Origin: Alphaproteobacteria bacterium
Lineage (GTDB): Bacteria; Pseudomonadota; Alphaproteobacteria; TMED109
Assembly (NCBI GenBank): GCA_965221495.1
Contig: OZ244896.1
Span: 2,225,471-2,289,470, forward strand
Length of the DNA stretch: 64,000 nt
Reading direction: 5' to 3'
In this document: in pieces, positions 35,597 through 47,260 of the stretch
Layout: the number at the start of each line of letters is the position of its first letter
Position numbering within the stretch: position 1 is the first letter of the stretch
Notes under the pieces: model-generated
Seen by the model: the letters and a program-made list of their open reading frames with translations, nothing else
Told to the model about the DNA's origin: nothing
Databases searched by the model: none
Made by a program: the position numbers and the translations under genes

Positions 35597-35817
35597 GCTC
35601 TCATCTCGACGGTGACACCATCGATTGCCGTCCGTATGTCGCTGCAGCTGATCCGCCCTGTATCAAGGCAACTTCCGATAATGCGCCGGAATTGACGCGC
35701 ATCGTGGAGTGCGCTTCTCAGGTGCTCGGGCGACGCCCGGGTAATCGGGTGCATTATCGGCTGGTCCAAACGAACATTTGCCCCTGCTCCTGGCAAGGAA
35801 TCATCCGGTCGCATCAA
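35593..35817 (-). CDS. Hypothetical small protein (74 aa or shorter) whose stop overlaps the HEAT-repeat gene start
   Basis: ATGA overlap at 35593-35596. No recognisable motif. The codons I checked have moderately high third-position GC. Confidence 0.25.
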   Translation of the reverse strand: MMRPDDSLPGAGANVRLDQPIMHPITRASPEHLRSALHDARQFRRIIGSCLDTGRISCSDIRTAIDGVTVEMRA

Positions 35818-36064
35818 GGGGCGAGGCCTGCTCCATGCGCCCTGGATCCGTGCTGAATCGATCCGAACCGACGGCCAGACTCACAGCCAACCGGCTGTTC
35901 CGAGTATGAGTCCGGCCCGAGGAGGATAAGGCTCTGGCAGCACATTCCGCCACGAACGCTTCTCCTCGTGGGGGTTGCGCCCCGTCCGGAAGCCCGGTAT
36001 CGAAAGACCGAGTGTCCGGTGCCGGACTTGGACACCTGCGCCCCGTACCCGGAAACATGTCCTC

Positions 36065-36895
36065 ATGGCACCTGTGTCGCATCCTGCCCCACCTGCCCTC
36101 GCCGACTGCACCATCGAAACCCGAGGCCGCGTCGCGCTGCTCGCGTTTGACCGGGACGATGTCCGCAACGCTCTGACCGGTACCCAGATCGTTGACGACC
36201 TCTTGGCCGTCACCGACTGGATCAATCGGTCGCGCAGTATCTCCGTGTTGGTGCTCACCGGCAACGGTAGCGCGTTCTCGGCTGGCGGCAATATCAAGGA
36301 CATGCAGGCGCGCACGAGCAACTTTTCCGGGCCGGTTCAGGACATCGAACACGCGTATCGATACGGAATTCAGCGCATGCCGCGGGCGGTCGCGGAACTC
36401 GACATCCCTGTGATCGCTGCAGTCAATGGAGCCGCCATCGGTGCCGGGTGCGACCTGGCCTGCATGTGCGACCTTCGGATCGGCGGTGAAGCCGCGCGGT
36501 TCGCAGAAAGCTTTGTCAACCTCGGGATCATCCCCGGGGACGGCGGCGCCTGGTTCCTGCCCCGTGCCGTCGGGATGCAACGTGCCGCCGAACTCTCGTT
36601 TACCGGACGGATGGTACGGGCTGATGAAGCCCGCACGATCGGCCTTCTGCTCGAAGTGGTTCCAGACGCCACGCTACGCGACCGGGCGCTGGAACTTGCC
36701 ACCGAGATAGCGTCCAAGCCGCCACTCGCCGTGCGCTACGCAAAGCGCTTGCTGCGGATGGCCCAGTCGATGCCGCTCGACCAGTTCCTCGACACGTGTG
36801 CCGTCTATCAGGGCGTATCCCACCAGACGGCCGACCACCAGGAGGCCCTGACCGCGTTTTTCGAGAAACGATCGGGAACCTACCGCGACGAGTAA
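36065..36895 (+). CDS. Enoyl-CoA hydratase/isomerase (crotonase) family protein
   Basis: VLVLTGNGSAFSAGGNIKDM, IAAVNGAAIGAGCDLACMCDLRI and SFVNLGIIPGDGG. Confidence 0.88.
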   Translation: MAPVSHPAPPALADCTIETRGRVALLAFDRDDVRNALTGTQIVDDLLAVTDWINRSRSISVLVLTGNGSAFSAGGNIKDMQARTSNFSGPVQDIEHAYRYGIQRMPRAVAELDIPVIAAVNGAAIGAGCDLACMCDLRIGGEAARFAESFVNLGIIPGDGGAWFLPRAVGMQRAAELSFTGRMVRADEARTIGLLLEVVPDATLRDRALELATEIASKPPLAVRYAKRLLRMAQSMPLDQFLDTCAVYQGVSHQTADHQEALTAFFEKRSGTYRDE

Positions 36896-36906
36896 CGCCC
36901 GTGCGG

Positions 36907-36979
36907 TGGGCCCGGCAGGACTCGAACCTGCAACCTAACCGTTATGAGCGGTCAGCTCTAACCATTGAGCTACGGGCCC
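36907..36979 (-). tRNA. tRNA with CAU anticodon (elongator Met, or Ile2 if lysidine-modified); CCA not fully encoded
   Basis: The reverse complement reads GGGCCCGTAGCTCAATGGTTAGAGCTGACCGCTCATAACGGTTAGGTTGCAGGTTCGAGTCCTGCCGGGCCCA. G1-C72 is paired and there is no GGG/CCC anticodon stem, so it is not an initiator. Confidence 0.85.
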
Positions 36980-36991
36980 AGCACAGTTGGT

Positions 36992-38851
36992 TCAGCGGCC
37001 GTCAAGGAACCCTTCGAGCTTCTCACGGCGAGACGGGTGCCGCAGCTTGCGAAGGGCCTTGGCCTCGATCTGCCGAATCCGCTCGCGCGTCACATTGAAC
37101 TGCTTGCCGACTTCCTCCAGTGTGTGGTCGGTTTGGGTGCCAATGCCGAAACGCATCCGGATCACGCGGTCTTCGCGCGGAGTCAGCGACGACAACGCCC
37201 AGGACACCTGCTCGCCAAGCTGGGTGCGGACAACCTCCTCGTCGGGCATCATTGCGTTTTCGTCAGCAATGAACTCGCCGTAGTTGGTGTCCTCGTCCTC
37301 TCCCACCTGCTTGTCGAGGCTGATCGGCTCCTTGGAAATCTTCATCACGCGGCTGACTTTCTCGAGCGGCATTCCGAGTTTTTCCGCGATCTCTTCCGGC
37401 GACGCCTCATGACCGCTCTCGTGCAGGATCTGACGCTGGGTGCGAATGATCTTGTTGATGGTCTCGATCATGTGGACCGGAATCCGGATGGTCCTCGCCT
37501 GGTCTGCGATGGATCGCGTAATCGCCTGTCGAATCCACCACGTTGCATAGGTCGAAAACTTGTAGCCCAATCGGTACTCGAATTTCTCGACGGCCTTCAT
37601 CAGGCCGATATTCCCCTCCTGCATCAGATCCGGAAACTGCAGGCCGCGGTTGGTGTATTTCTTCGCAATTGACACCACCAGCCGCAGGTTGGCGGCAATC
37701 ATCTCGCCCTTGGCCTGTTCCGATTCCTGCTCAGCGCGATGCACGCGGCCAACGATCGTCCGGAATTCCTGAGGAACCAGCTGGCTCTGTTCGGCCACCT
37801 TGCGGATCGCGTCACAACAGATGTGCAGCCGGTCCTCGGCCGGGTCGGCCACCTCGGAAGCTTCACGCCCGGCCAGTTCCGCGAACTGGGCGACGTGCAA
37901 CTCATTGGCGGAATACTGGCGGAGGAACACCGAAAGCGTGACGCCGCTTTTTTCCATCAACCCCCGGAGTTTTCCTTCTGCCCGCGTGAGCTTGCGATTC
38001 CAGATGTAGAGCTCATCGGCAAGTTCGCGGGTCCGGGCCGGCGTCAGGAAAAATTCACTCAGCAGAGCCACAGACCGGGTGCGTGCCCGGCGGTATCGGA
38101 TTTCCGTGGTCTTCGGAAGGGGCTTGCCCTCGACCGCGTACCGAATCCGCCGCGCATGCAGCTTGCGCAGCCTTTCCCCGAGGGCGCCCAACTCGTCGAG
38201 CAGTGCCATCACCACCGGGCGTACAGTCCTCTCCATGGAGGCCACCGATTGCTTGGCCCCGCCTGTCGTCGGGGTCGGCTTGCCATCCTTCGTCGAGGGC
38301 GCGGCCGGGGACGCGCGATTGGACATGAGCGCATGCGTCGCTTCGAGATCAATGATCTCGCGGAATGGCACTTCGTTGTCCTCGATCTGTTTGTGCCACT
38401 CGATCACGCGGTCGAGGGTGCGCGGACTTTCGATCAAGGCGTCAACTGCTTTCCGGCGGCCAATCTCCATCCGCTTGGCGATGGCGATTTCGCCTTCCCG
38501 TGTCAGCAGGTCGATCCCGTTCATGTCGCGCAGGTACATGCGAACCGGGTCGTCCGTCCGGCCTGTCATGTCGTTTGCAGCCGGTGCCGTCCGCGGCAAC
38601 GGGCCAACCGCACCGCCAGACACAGGTTCGGCCTGGTTCCGGGGCACCTCGTTCGGCTGGAGTACGCGAATCGAACTGGCAGCAAAGTAGCCGTGGATCT
38701 TGTCGAGATTTTCGACAAACTCGGCCGGCACGGCCTCGGCAATCTCCTCCGTGCTGACCCAACCGCGTGCCTGCGATTTCTCGATCAGGGCACGAACTGC
38801 CTTCATTCCCGCGTCCCGCGCGTCCGCTGTGCTGGTGTTGGCTTCACTCAT
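36992..38851 (-). CDS. rpoD: RNA polymerase sigma factor RpoD (sigma-70)
   Basis: Regions 1.1 to 4 are all recognisable: [80 protein letters not shown] and [28 protein letters not shown]. The start at 38851 forms an ATGA overlap with the dnaG stop; an alternative start is at 38869. Confidence 0.95.
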   Translation of the reverse strand: MSEANTSTADARDAGMKAVRALIEKSQARGWVSTEEIAEAVPAEFVENLDKIHGYFAASSIRVLQPNEVPRNQAEPVSGGAVGPLPRTAPAANDMTGRTDDPVRMYLRDMNGIDLLTREGEIAIAKRMEIGRRKAVDALIESPRTLDRVIEWHKQIEDNEVPFREIIDLEATHALMSNRASPAAPSTKDGKPTPTTGGAKQSVASMERTVRPVVMALLDELGALGERLRKLHARRIRYAVEGKPLPKTTEIRYRRARTRSVALLSEFFLTPARTRELADELYIWNRKLTRAEGKLRGLMEKSGVTLSVFLRQYSANELHVAQFAELAGREASEVADPAEDRLHICCDAIRKVAEQSQLVPQEFRTIVGRVHRAEQESEQAKGEMIAANLRLVVSIAKKYTNRGLQFPDLMQEGNIGLMKAVEKFEYRLGYKFSTYATWWIRQAITRSIADQARTIRIPVHMIETINKIIRTQRQILHESGHEASPEEIAEKLGMPLEKVSRVMKISKEPISLDKQVGEDEDTNYGEFIADENAMMPDEEVVRTQLGEQVSWALSSLTPREDRVIRMRFGIGTQTDHTLEEVGKQFNVTRERIRQIEAKALRKLRHPSRREKLEGFLDGR

Positions 38852-40695
38852 GAGTGTGACGGGCTCCACGGAATCGCGTCAGATGGTGGCGGGGCCGCAT
38901 CACCCGGATTGGATGACGTCGGCGGATCGGTGCGTTGCACCCATTCGAGTTGCAGTTCGACGGCGGCCTCCCAACCTGTTTGCGCGAATTCGAGGCCGCA
39001 ATCGGGCCGCGCAAACGGCTCCACCAGGCGGTGGTCCCAACGGTCAGACGACACACCCCCGTCAAGCACGTCGCCCAAACCATGGCTGTCCAGCCACGGA
39101 CGGACGCTTTCGGGGTCAAAGGGATCGCTGCGCGCATGTCTATGTAGGAGTTCAGTGCGCACTTCGTCAAGACCTGGCAGGGCACGAAACGGAATTCCGG
39201 CGAACCGCTCCTCCACCCGGTCGATCAGCCCCGGTACGCAGATAATGGCCTGGATAATCGCCCGTTCACGATGCGCAGCCCCCTGAGTCTGGGGTCGGTC
39301 ACGATGACGTTCGGCAACCAGCCGGTCGCGGCCACGGGCAGCGAACGGTTGGCGCACTCCGCCACCCCGGGGCCAGCTACGACGTGACCCCGCCACGGAA
39401 CGCGCCTCACCCGACTCCAGGGTTCCCTGGCACGTGTCCTGATAACGCCGGGAAAACTCGTCGTGGTACGCATTCCGCACCGTCCGATCCTCGATCGTCT
39501 GCACGATCCGCTTCAGCCGTTCCTGAAAGTGCGCCTTTCGCTCCGGCGTGTCCAACGACTCCCGTTCGTATTCGGTCTGCCAGGCGAGGTCGACCAGATG
39601 CTGTGCCTCGTCGCTCAACGCCTCAAGCGCCTCCGGGCCCTGATCACGTACGAACGAATCCGGATCGCTTCCTGGTGGAAGGAACAGAAAACGAAGCGAC
39701 CGGCCCTGACCCAGCAACGGCAGCACGTTCTCCATCGCACGGACGGCAGCAGCCCGCCCGGCGTCATCGCCATCCATGCAAACCGTGGGTTCATCGTGGA
39801 GACGCCAAGCCATGCGGACCTGGTCGGGAGTCAGCGCTGTCCCGAGCGGGGCCACTGCTGCGCCCACGCCGTGAGCGGCGAGGGCGATCACGTCCATGTA
39901 CCCCTCGACGATGTAGAGCACCCGGGCCGACGGCGCGGCCTCGCGGGCACGGTGCAGGTTGTAGAGCGTACGGCCCTTGCTGAAGACGACCGATTCTCTC
40001 GAGTTCAGATACTTGGCGCGCGCGTTCGAATCGAGAGCACGGCCGCCGAATGCAACCAGGTTGCCGAGGTGGTCCGCGATCGGAAACGTGACGCGATGGC
40101 GAAAGAACGGGTACGTCCTCCCCTGATCGTCGCGCGCGAGCAAGCCGGCATCGATCTGGGTATCCAGCGCAATGCCCGCCGCGCGCAGACGCTGGGGCAG
40201 GTCGCCTCCTCGGTTCGGGGCAAAACCAAGCTCGAACTGCGACATGTGCGAATCGCGCACGCCGCGCCCCTGCAGGTAGGCGCGCGCGCGGGCACCACCC
40301 TCGGCCGCAAGCTCCGAGCGGAAGTAGTCGTGGGCGGCCGTCAATGCGTCGCGCACCTGCGCCATGCGACGCGCACGCCCGGGGTCGACCCGGGCACCGG
40401 TCCGGGGCACTTCCATGCCGGCAAGAGGTGCCACCTTGCGCACCGCATCAAGAAATCCGAGGTTCTCGGTCCTCATGACGAAATGGACCGCGGTCCCCGA
40501 CGCCTTGCAGCCAAAGCAGTGAAAGAAGCCCTTGGTCTCGTCCACGTTGAAGGACGGCGTCTTTTCCTCGTGAAACGGACAAAGCCCACGATACCGGCCT
40601 GACCCTGCCGGCTTCAGCCGCACCTTCTGGCTGATGATGTTCACAATGGGCGCGCGCGCCTTCAACTCCTCGAGAAACTGCTCCGGTAGTCTCAC
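38848..40695 (-). CDS. dnaG: DNA primase
   Basis: Zinc ribbon [13 protein letters not shown] ... [10 protein letters not shown], and a TOPRIM region [12 protein letters not shown] ... [12 protein letters not shown]. Confidence 0.95.
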   Translation of the reverse strand: MRLPEQFLEELKARAPIVNIISQKVRLKPAGSGRYRGLCPFHEEKTPSFNVDETKGFFHCFGCKASGTAVHFVMRTENLGFLDAVRKVAPLAGMEVPRTGARVDPGRARRMAQVRDALTAAHDYFRSELAAEGGARARAYLQGRGVRDSHMSQFELGFAPNRGGDLPQRLRAAGIALDTQIDAGLLARDDQGRTYPFFRHRVTFPIADHLGNLVAFGGRALDSNARAKYLNSRESVVFSKGRTLYNLHRAREAAPSARVLYIVEGYMDVIALAAHGVGAAVAPLGTALTPDQVRMAWRLHDEPTVCMDGDDAGRAAAVRAMENVLPLLGQGRSLRFLFLPPGSDPDSFVRDQGPEALEALSDEAQHLVDLAWQTEYERESLDTPERKAHFQERLKRIVQTIEDRTVRNAYHDEFSRRYQDTCQGTLESGEARSVAGSRRSWPRGGGVRQPFAARGRDRLVAERHRDRPQTQGAAHRERAIIQAIICVPGLIDRVEERFAGIPFRALPGLDEVRTELLHRHARSDPFDPESVRPWLDSHGLGDVLDGGVSSDRWDHRLVEPFARPDCGLEFAQTGWEAAVELQLEWVQRTDPPTSSNPGDAAPPPSDAIPWSPSHS

Positions 40696-40706
40696 TGGCT
40701 AACGGA

Positions 40707-41168
40707 TCAGGTTTCGAGCCGGCGGCGCGCTTCACGCCGGGCGCGGGCGAGGTCTTCGTCGGTGCTACAGATCTTGCGGAGTTCTGCCATCGTCCGGCCA
40801 AGATCGCGGATCGAACATGCCTTCGCCGCGGTGACCGCTTGCTCCACTGCCTGCGCCACCTCGGCATCGCCCATCGGTTCGGGAAGGTATTCGGCGAGCA
40901 CCGCGCGTTCGGCCCGCCGTAACTCCCTTACCTTGGCGCTCTCGACGCGGTTCGATGCGGTTGCCTGGTCACAATGGCCGCAAAGACGACGAATCAGGTC
41001 CTGAATGGCATTGTCGTCCAGACCCGCCTCCCCGTCCGGGACATCCGCCTCGGCATCGGCGAGCGCGGCAAGCACGAGGCGCAGCGTCGACGCCCGCACA
41101 CTGTCATGGGCCCGCACCGCCGCTTTCAGGTCGGCCTGCAACCGCCCACGGACATCATCTTGCTGCAT
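40707..41168 (-). CDS. GatB/YqeY-domain protein
   Basis: 153 aa. RGRLQADLKAAVRAHDSVRASTLRLVLAAL is typical of YqeY, and it holds the conserved position upstream of dnaG. Confidence 0.78.
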   Translation of the reverse strand: MQQDDVRGRLQADLKAAVRAHDSVRASTLRLVLAALADAEADVPDGEAGLDDNAIQDLIRRLCGHCDQATASNRVESAKVRELRRAERAVLAEYLPEPMGDAEVAQAVEQAVTAAKACSIRDLGRTMAELRKICSTDEDLARARREARRRLET

Positions 41169-41326
41169 GTTGAAGGGCCCGGCCCGGTCGCGACTGCAAC
41201 CGGAAATTATACAGCGACTCGCCGAAGAGCGGCGCGCGGGGGGAGCGACGGCCCGCATCTTGCATTTTCCGGGGCCGCTCGTAGTTTCTAGCCAATCCCG
41301 GAGTGTCCGGGGCATCCAGGAAATCG

Positions 41327-42502
41327 ATGACCCAACCCGGATCTCCCTCTCGAGTTCCTGGACGCACGGACTCGGGCATTCTGGTGCTTGCCGACGGTAC
41401 CGTATTCCGGGGCCGCGGGTGGGGCAGAATCGGCCAGGCCGTTGGCGAGGTGTGTTTCAACACCTCGATGTCGGGATACCAGGAAGTGATGACCGACCCG
41501 AGCTACGCGGGCCAGATCATCACGTTTACGTTCCCGCACATCGGCATTGTCGGGTGCAATGCCGACGATCATGAAGCCTCGCGACCGGCCGCTCGAGGCG
41601 CCATCTTTCGCACCCACCCGACCGCGCCGTCCAACTGGCGAAGCGAGCAGTCTCTGCCTGCTTGGCTGGAGACGGAAGGCATCGTCGGGTTGTCAGGCGT
41701 CGATACCCGTGCCCTGACCCTTCGAATCCGTGCCGGCGGTGCGCCGGCCGGTGTCATCGCCCACCACCCCGCTGGAACCTTCGACATCGAAAGCCTGATG
41801 GCGGAAGCCGCGGCGTGGTCAGGCCTCGCCGGCATGGATCTGGCCAAGGACGTCACGTGTCGTGAGCCGTACCAATGGTCAGAGGGGTTGTGGCCGGGGC
41901 TCGGACGCCGACCCGCCACAACGCGCGATGCTATCCCTATCGTTGCGATCGACTACGGCGTCAAACGCAACATCCTTCGGCTCCTTGTCGACCGCGGCCT
42001 CTCGCCCACTGTGGTTCCGGCCACGGAATCGGCCGAGGCCATCCTTGCGCGGCGGCCGGCAGGGATCTTTCTCTCGAACGGCCCCGGCGACCCGGCCGCC
42101 ACCGCCCGTTATGCCGTCCCGCACATTCGCAAGCTGATCGATTCCGGCCTCCCGGTTTTCGGAATCTGTCTTGGCCACCAGCTCCTCGCTCGGGCACTGG
42201 GCGCCCGAACCGAGAAAATGCACCAGGGGCACCGGGGCGCCAACCAGCCCGTGCTGGACCGGGCCACCGGCAAGGTCGAAATCACCAGCCAGAATCATGG
42301 TTTCGTGGTGTGTCGCGACGACCTGCCGGAAACCCTGGACGAAACCCACACGTCCCTGTTCGACCAATCGGTCGAAGGCATCCGACTCCGCGGGCGGCCG
42401 GTGTCCGGTGTCCAGTACCACCCCGAGGCATCGCCCGGTCCCCGCGATTCGGCATACCTGTTCGACCGCTTCCGGTCCCAGATCACCGACGGAGGGCGAT
42501 GA
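41327..42502 (+). CDS. carA: Carbamoyl-phosphate synthase small (glutaminase) subunit
   Basis: [13 protein letters not shown] ... [43 protein letters not shown] (catalytic Cys) and [10 protein letters not shown]. Confidence 0.92.
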   Translation: MTQPGSPSRVPGRTDSGILVLADGTVFRGRGWGRIGQAVGEVCFNTSMSGYQEVMTDPSYAGQIITFTFPHIGIVGCNADDHEASRPAARGAIFRTHPTAPSNWRSEQSLPAWLETEGIVGLSGVDTRALTLRIRAGGAPAGVIAHHPAGTFDIESLMAEAAAWSGLAGMDLAKDVTCREPYQWSEGLWPGLGRRPATTRDAIPIVAIDYGVKRNILRLLVDRGLSPTVVPATESAEAILARRPAGIFLSNGPGDPAATARYAVPHIRKLIDSGLPVFGICLGHQLLARALGARTEKMHQGHRGANQPVLDRATGKVEITSQNHGFVVCRDDLPETLDETHTSLFDQSVEGIRLRGRPVSGVQYHPEASPGPRDSAYLFDRFRSQITDGGR

Positions 42503-45500
42503 TGCCGCGGCGCACCGACATCGAATCGATCCTGGTGGTCGGCGCCGGCCCGATCGTGATCGGCCAGGCGTGCGAATTCGACTACTCGGGGTCGCAGGCT
42601 TGCAAGGTGCTGCGGGAAGAGGGCTACCGCGTCATCCTCGTCAACTCGAACCCGGCCACGATCATGACGGATCCGGAACTTGCTCACGTCACGTACGTGG
42701 AGCCAACGGTTCCCGACACGGTACGTCAGGTTATCGCGCGCGAGAAGCCGGATGCGCTGCTCCCGACCATGGGCGGACAAACCGCCCTCAATGTTGCCCT
42801 CGCCCTGACCAGGGACGGCACCCTTGAACGCCACGGAACGGAGCTCATCGGCGCCTCCATTGAGGCCATCCAGCGCGCCGAGGACCGCCAACAGTTCCGT
42901 GCCACGATGCAGTCGATCGGTCTGGAAACCCCGGAGAGCGCGACCGCAGGGACGCTGGCGGAAGCCGAAGAGATCGTCGAGCGCATTGGCCTGCCCGCGG
43001 TCGTGCGACCCTCCTTCACGCTGGGCGGCGCGGGTGGCGGCATCGGCCGCACGGCAGACGAATTCCGCTCGATCGTAGAGGGAGGACTGGATCTCTCGCC
43101 GGTCACGCAAGTGCTGGTCGAGGAGTCCGTGATCGGCTGGAAAGAATTCGAAATGGAGGTGATCCGCGACCGGGCGGACAACGCGATCGTCGTCTGCTCG
43201 ATCGAGAATGTGGATCCCATGGGGGTGCACACCGGTGACAGCATCACGGTCGCGCCGGCCCTGACCCTCACCGACAAGGAGTATCAGACGCTTCGCGACG
43301 CCTCGATCGCGGTCCTTCGGGCGATTGGCGTCGAGACGGGCGGGTCCAACGTCCAGTTCGCGATCAATCCGGACGACGGGCGCATCGTCGTGATCGAAAT
43401 GAACCCGCGCGTGTCACGCTCGAGCGCACTGGCGTCAAAGGCGACCGGTTTTCCCATCGCCAAAGTCGCAGCCCGCCTGGCTGTGGGATACACCCTTGAC
43501 GAGATTGCAAACGACGTCACGGGCACCACGCCTGCCTCATTCGAGCCGGTCATCGACTATGTCGTGACGAAGGTCCCGCGCTTTACGTTCGAGAAATTCC
43601 CCGGTTCGGACCCCGGGCTCACGACATCCATGAAGTCGGTCGGTGAGGCCATGGCAATCGGACGCAGTTTTGCCGAATCGATGCAGAAGGCGTTGCGGTC
43701 CCTGGAAATGGGCTTCACCGGTTTCGACCCGGTCGACATTCCGAAGCGTTCCGGTAAACCGGACCACGAGGCGTTGCTCGCCCTTTTGGCGCAGCCGACA
43801 CCGCGGCGTGTGCTGCTCATTGCGCAGGCCCTGCGCGAGGGCCTGACCCTTGAAGACGTGCATGCCGCCACCCGGATCGACCCGTGGTTTCTCGCCCGCA
43901 TCAAGGACATCGTCCACGCCGAGAAGGCGCTTGCCGACACCGGCGCACCGGCGACCGCGCAGGATTTCCTGCACCTCAAGTCACTCGGATTTGCGGACGC
44001 GCAGATCGCGCGCGTAACCGGGCAGTGTGAATCCACCATTGCCGCCAAGCGGCGAGCGCTCGGCGTTCGCCCGATTTTTCACCGGGTGGATACCTGCGCG
44101 GGCGAGTTTGCAGCGACGACACCGTACTTCTACGCCAGTTACGAGGAAGGCGCCTCCGAGTCCGACGAAGCATCGGCGAGCAGCCGGCGCAAGGTTGCGA
44201 TCCTGGGCGGCGGCCCGAACCGGATCGGTCAAGGAATCGAGTTCGATTACTGCTGTGTGCACGCTGCCCTTGCGCTGAGCGACGCCGGCCTCGAAACGAT
44301 CATGATCAACTGCAACCCTGAAACGGTGTCGACCGATTACGACACATCCGACCGCCTGTATTTCGAGCCGCTCACGGGCGAAGATGTCGTCGAGATCATC
44401 GAGGCCGAACGGTCCAGCGGCGAGTTCGTCGGGTGCATCGTGCAGTTTGGCGGCCAGACCCCGCTGCGCCTGGCAAAGGCGCTTGCGGAGGCCGACATCC
44501 CGATCATCGGAACACCGCCCGATGCGATCGACCTGGCCGAAGATCGCGACCGGTTCAGCAGGCTCCTTCTGGAGCTCGGCATGCGCCAGCCGGAGAACGG
44601 CTCGTGCCGCACACCCGATGAAGCGGTCGAGATCGCCAATCGAATCGGTTATCCGGTCATGGTGCGCCCGTCCTACGTCCTGGGCGGAAGTGCGATGGAG
44701 GTGGTGCACGACCAGCCATCCCTCGTGGACTATGTAAGCCGCGCCGTCCGGCGGCACGGAAGCGGCGACCCCATCCTCATCGATGCCTTTCTCCCGTCCG
44801 CAATCGAAGTCGATGTGGACGCCCTTTCCGACGGAACCACGGTTACGATCGGCGGGGTCATGGAGCATGTCGAGGAGGCGGGAATTCATTCCGGCGATTC
44901 CGCCTGCTCGCTTCCCCCTCACTCGCTGCCGGAACCCGTGATTGCAAGCATTGAGGAGCAAACCGGACGCCTCGCACTGGCGCTTGGCGTGGTCGGTCTG
45001 ATGAATGTGCAATTCGCCGTCACCCGCGCGAGTTCCGAGCGACCCAGCGAGGTGTACGTGCTGGAAGCGAATCCGCGCGCCAGCCGAACCGTGCCGTTCG
45101 TGGCCAAGTCGACCGGCAACCCGCTCGCAAGGATGGCCTCCCTGGTGATGGCCACCGGCCGGAAGATCGCCGACTTCGACCTTCATCCGTGGCGAAGCGG
45201 TCATATTGCAGTCAAGGAAGCCGTGTTTCCGTTTCGCCGGTTTCCGGGAGCCGACACCCTCCTTGGCCCTGAAATGAAATCGACCGGCGAGGTCATGGGG
45301 ATTGACCACTCGTTCGCGAAGGCGTTCGCCAAAGCGCAGGTCGGGGCCGGCACCGCACTGCCCACAGGCGGCAACCTGTTTCTCTCGGTGCGCGATGTCG
45401 ACAAGGAAGCGTTTGTGCCCGTATGCAAGGCCTTTGTGCGCTACGGGTTCCGGCTTCTGGGCACGGCGGGCACCGCGCGGTACATGCGCAATCACGGAAT

Positions 45501-45762
45501 TGAGGTGGAACCGGTGAAGAAGTACTACGAAGGCAGCCCGAACGTGGTGGACGCCATCCGGAGCGGCGATGTGGACATGTTGTTCAACACCACAGAGGGG
45601 GCACAGTCGATCGCTGACAGCCTGTCGATGCGGCGCGAGGCACTGAACGCGGGCATCCCCTGCTTCACCACGCTTGCAGGAAGCCTGGCCGTCGTCGACG
45701 CCATCGACGCGATGCGATCGGCCTCTCTTGACGTGACCCCGTTGCAGTCTTACTTGGGCTGA
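42499..45762 (+). CDS. carB: Carbamoyl-phosphate synthase large subunit
   Basis: [48 protein letters not shown], a duplicated ATP-grasp halves pattern and an MGS-like C-terminus. The ATG overlaps the carA stop. Confidence 0.97.
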   Translation: MMPRRTDIESILVVGAGPIVIGQACEFDYSGSQACKVLREEGYRVILVNSNPATIMTDPELAHVTYVEPTVPDTVRQVIAREKPDALLPTMGGQTALNVALALTRDGTLERHGTELIGASIEAIQRAEDRQQFRATMQSIGLETPESATAGTLAEAEEIVERIGLPAVVRPSFTLGGAGGGIGRTADEFRSIVEGGLDLSPVTQVLVEESVIGWKEFEMEVIRDRADNAIVVCSIENVDPMGVHTGDSITVAPALTLTDKEYQTLRDASIAVLRAIGVETGGSNVQFAINPDDGRIVVIEMNPRVSRSSALASKATGFPIAKVAARLAVGYTLDEIANDVTGTTPASFEPVIDYVVTKVPRFTFEKFPGSDPGLTTSMKSVGEAMAIGRSFAESMQKALRSLEMGFTGFDPVDIPKRSGKPDHEALLALLAQPTPRRVLLIAQALREGLTLEDVHAATRIDPWFLARIKDIVHAEKALADTGAPATAQDFLHLKSLGFADAQIARVTGQCESTIAAKRRALGVRPIFHRVDTCAGEFAATTPYFYASYEEGASESDEASASSRRKVAILGGGPNRIGQGIEFDYCCVHAALALSDAGLETIMINCNPETVSTDYDTSDRLYFEPLTGEDVVEIIEAERSSGEFVGCIVQFGGQTPLRLAKALAEADIPIIGTPPDAIDLAEDRDRFSRLLLELGMRQPENGSCRTPDEAVEIANRIGYPVMVRPSYVLGGSAMEVVHDQPSLVDYVSRAVRRHGSGDPILIDAFLPSAIEVDVDALSDGTTVTIGGVMEHVEEAGIHSGDSACSLPPHSLPEPVIASIEEQTGRLALALGVVGLMNVQFAVTRASSERPSEVYVLEANPRASRTVPFVAKSTGNPLARMASLVMATGRKIADFDLHPWRSGHIAVKEAVFPFRRFPGADTLLGPEMKSTGEVMGIDHSFAKAFAKAQVGAGTALPTGGNLFLSVRDVDKEAFVPVCKAFVRYGFRLLGTAGTARYMRNHGIEVEPVKKYYEGSPNVVDAIRSGDVDMLFNTTEGAQSIADSLSMRREALNAGIPCFTTLAGSLAVVDAIDAMRSASLDVTPLQSYLG

Positions 45763-45815
45763 CGTCCCCCGACCGTTCCGCTCCCGGCTACGGACCCTGA
45801 CGCAGGAAGCACGCG

Positions 45816-46292
45816 ATGCCGAAAGTTCCCATGACCGAGGACGGGTACCGCACCCTTCGGCAGGAGCTCGACCGCCTGAAGAATGCCGAACGGCCGGCCG
45901 TCATTGCCGCCGTAGCGGAGGCGCGGGCCCATGGCGACCTCTCGGAAAATGCCGAATACCACGCCGCGAAGGAGAAACAGGGGCGCATCGAGTCGCGGAT
46001 CGCCACCCTGACCGAACGGCTCAGCATGGCAGAGGTGATCCGTTCGGAAGAGCTCTCGGGAGATGAGGTGCGGTTTGGCGCCTGGGTCACGATCCGGGAC
46101 GTCACCGACGGGGTCGAGGACACGTACCAGATTGTCGGCAGCGACGAAGCCAATCTGGACCTCGACCAGATTTCGCTCGAATCGCCGATCGCCAAGGCGC
46201 TGCTCGGCAAGCGCAAGGGCATGGCCGTCCAGGTCGAAACCCCGGGCGGCCAGCGGAACTACACGGTCACCGAGGTGACCTATCGCCGGTGA
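45816..46292 (+). CDS. greA: Transcription elongation factor GreA
   Basis: MTEDGYRTLRQELDRLKN.ERP ... GDLSENAEYHAAKE; 158 aa. Confidence 0.95.
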   Translation: MPKVPMTEDGYRTLRQELDRLKNAERPAVIAAVAEARAHGDLSENAEYHAAKEKQGRIESRIATLTERLSMAEVIRSEELSGDEVRFGAWVTIRDVTDGVEDTYQIVGSDEANLDLDQISLESPIAKALLGKRKGMAVQVETPGGQRNYTVTEVTYRR

Positions 46293-46302
46293 GTCAACGA
46301 CC

Positions 46303-47253
46303 ATGAGCCGGGTCCGTGACTGTCCCGTCCTCATCATCGGTTCGGGGCCGGCCGGCTGGACTGCCGCAATTTACGCCGCACGGGCAGCGTTATCGCCTGT
46401 CGTCATTCGCGGCCTCCAACCCGGCGGCCAGCTGACGATCACGACCGATGTCGAGAACTACCCCGGCTTTGCCGATGTCGTGCAGGGCCCCTGGCTGATG
46501 GAACAGATGGAGGCCCAGGCCCGCGCAGTGGGCGTGGAAGTTGTCGACGACATCGTGACCCAGGTGGACCTTGGGTCGCGGCCGTTCACCTGTACCGGCG
46601 AGACCGGCGCGGCGTACCGCGGCCAAGCGGTCATCCTTGCCACAGGCGCGACGGCGCGATGGCTGGGCCTGCCTTCCGAACAACGGTACCGGGGGCACGG
46701 CGTATCCGCATGCGCAACATGCGACGGATTCTTCTTTCGGGGCAAGGAGGTGGCCGTTGTCGGCGGCGGGAATACAGCCGTCGAGGAAGCGCTGTTCCTG
46801 ACCAAGTTCGCGTCCAAGGTCACGCTGGTGCACCGGCGCGACAAGCTGCGCGCGGAACGCATCCTGCAGGACCGCCTGATGGCGGAATCCCGGGTGACCA
46901 TCGCCTGGAACAGCGTGGTCGATGAAGTCCTGGGCGATTCGGACGGCCAGACAGTCGCCGGTGTCCGGCTGCGGTCAACCGACGGGTCCGGTGTCCGGGA
47001 CCTCGAGGTCGATGGCGTGTTCATTGCGATCGGGCACGATCCCAATACGGACCTCGTGCGCGGGCAGGTTGAAACCGACTCCGATGGTTACATCCAGGCC
47101 CGCCCCGGCAGCACCGCAACCAGCGTGCCCGGTTTCTTTGCCGCCGGCGATGTCCAGGACAAGATCTTCCGGCAGGCGGTCACGGCTGCAGGCCAAGGGT
47201 GTATGGCGGCCCTGGAAGCCGAGCGTTTCCTGGTCGAAAGCCCCGCCGGATAG
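46303..47253 (+). CDS. trxB: Thioredoxin-disulfide reductase
   Basis: IIGSGPAGWTAAIYAAR, redox-active CATCDG, VVGGGNTAVEEALFLT and FAAGDVQD. Confidence 0.95.
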   Translation: MSRVRDCPVLIIGSGPAGWTAAIYAARAALSPVVIRGLQPGGQLTITTDVENYPGFADVVQGPWLMEQMEAQARAVGVEVVDDIVTQVDLGSRPFTCTGETGAAYRGQAVILATGATARWLGLPSEQRYRGHGVSACATCDGFFFRGKEVAVVGGGNTAVEEALFLTKFASKVTLVHRRDKLRAERILQDRLMAESRVTIAWNSVVDEVLGDSDGQTVAGVRLRSTDGSGVRDLEVDGVFIAIGHDPNTDLVRGQVETDSDGYIQARPGSTATSVPGFFAAGDVQDKIFRQAVTAAGQGCMAALEAERFLVESPAG

Positions 47254-47260
47254 CCTTCAC

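Noticed and set aside
38848-38869. The dnaG stop / rpoD start ATGA overlap, considered as something unusual.
   Set aside because: It depends on choosing ATG 38851 rather than 38869 as the rpoD start. Either way it is ordinary operon packing in the conserved dnaG-rpoD pair.
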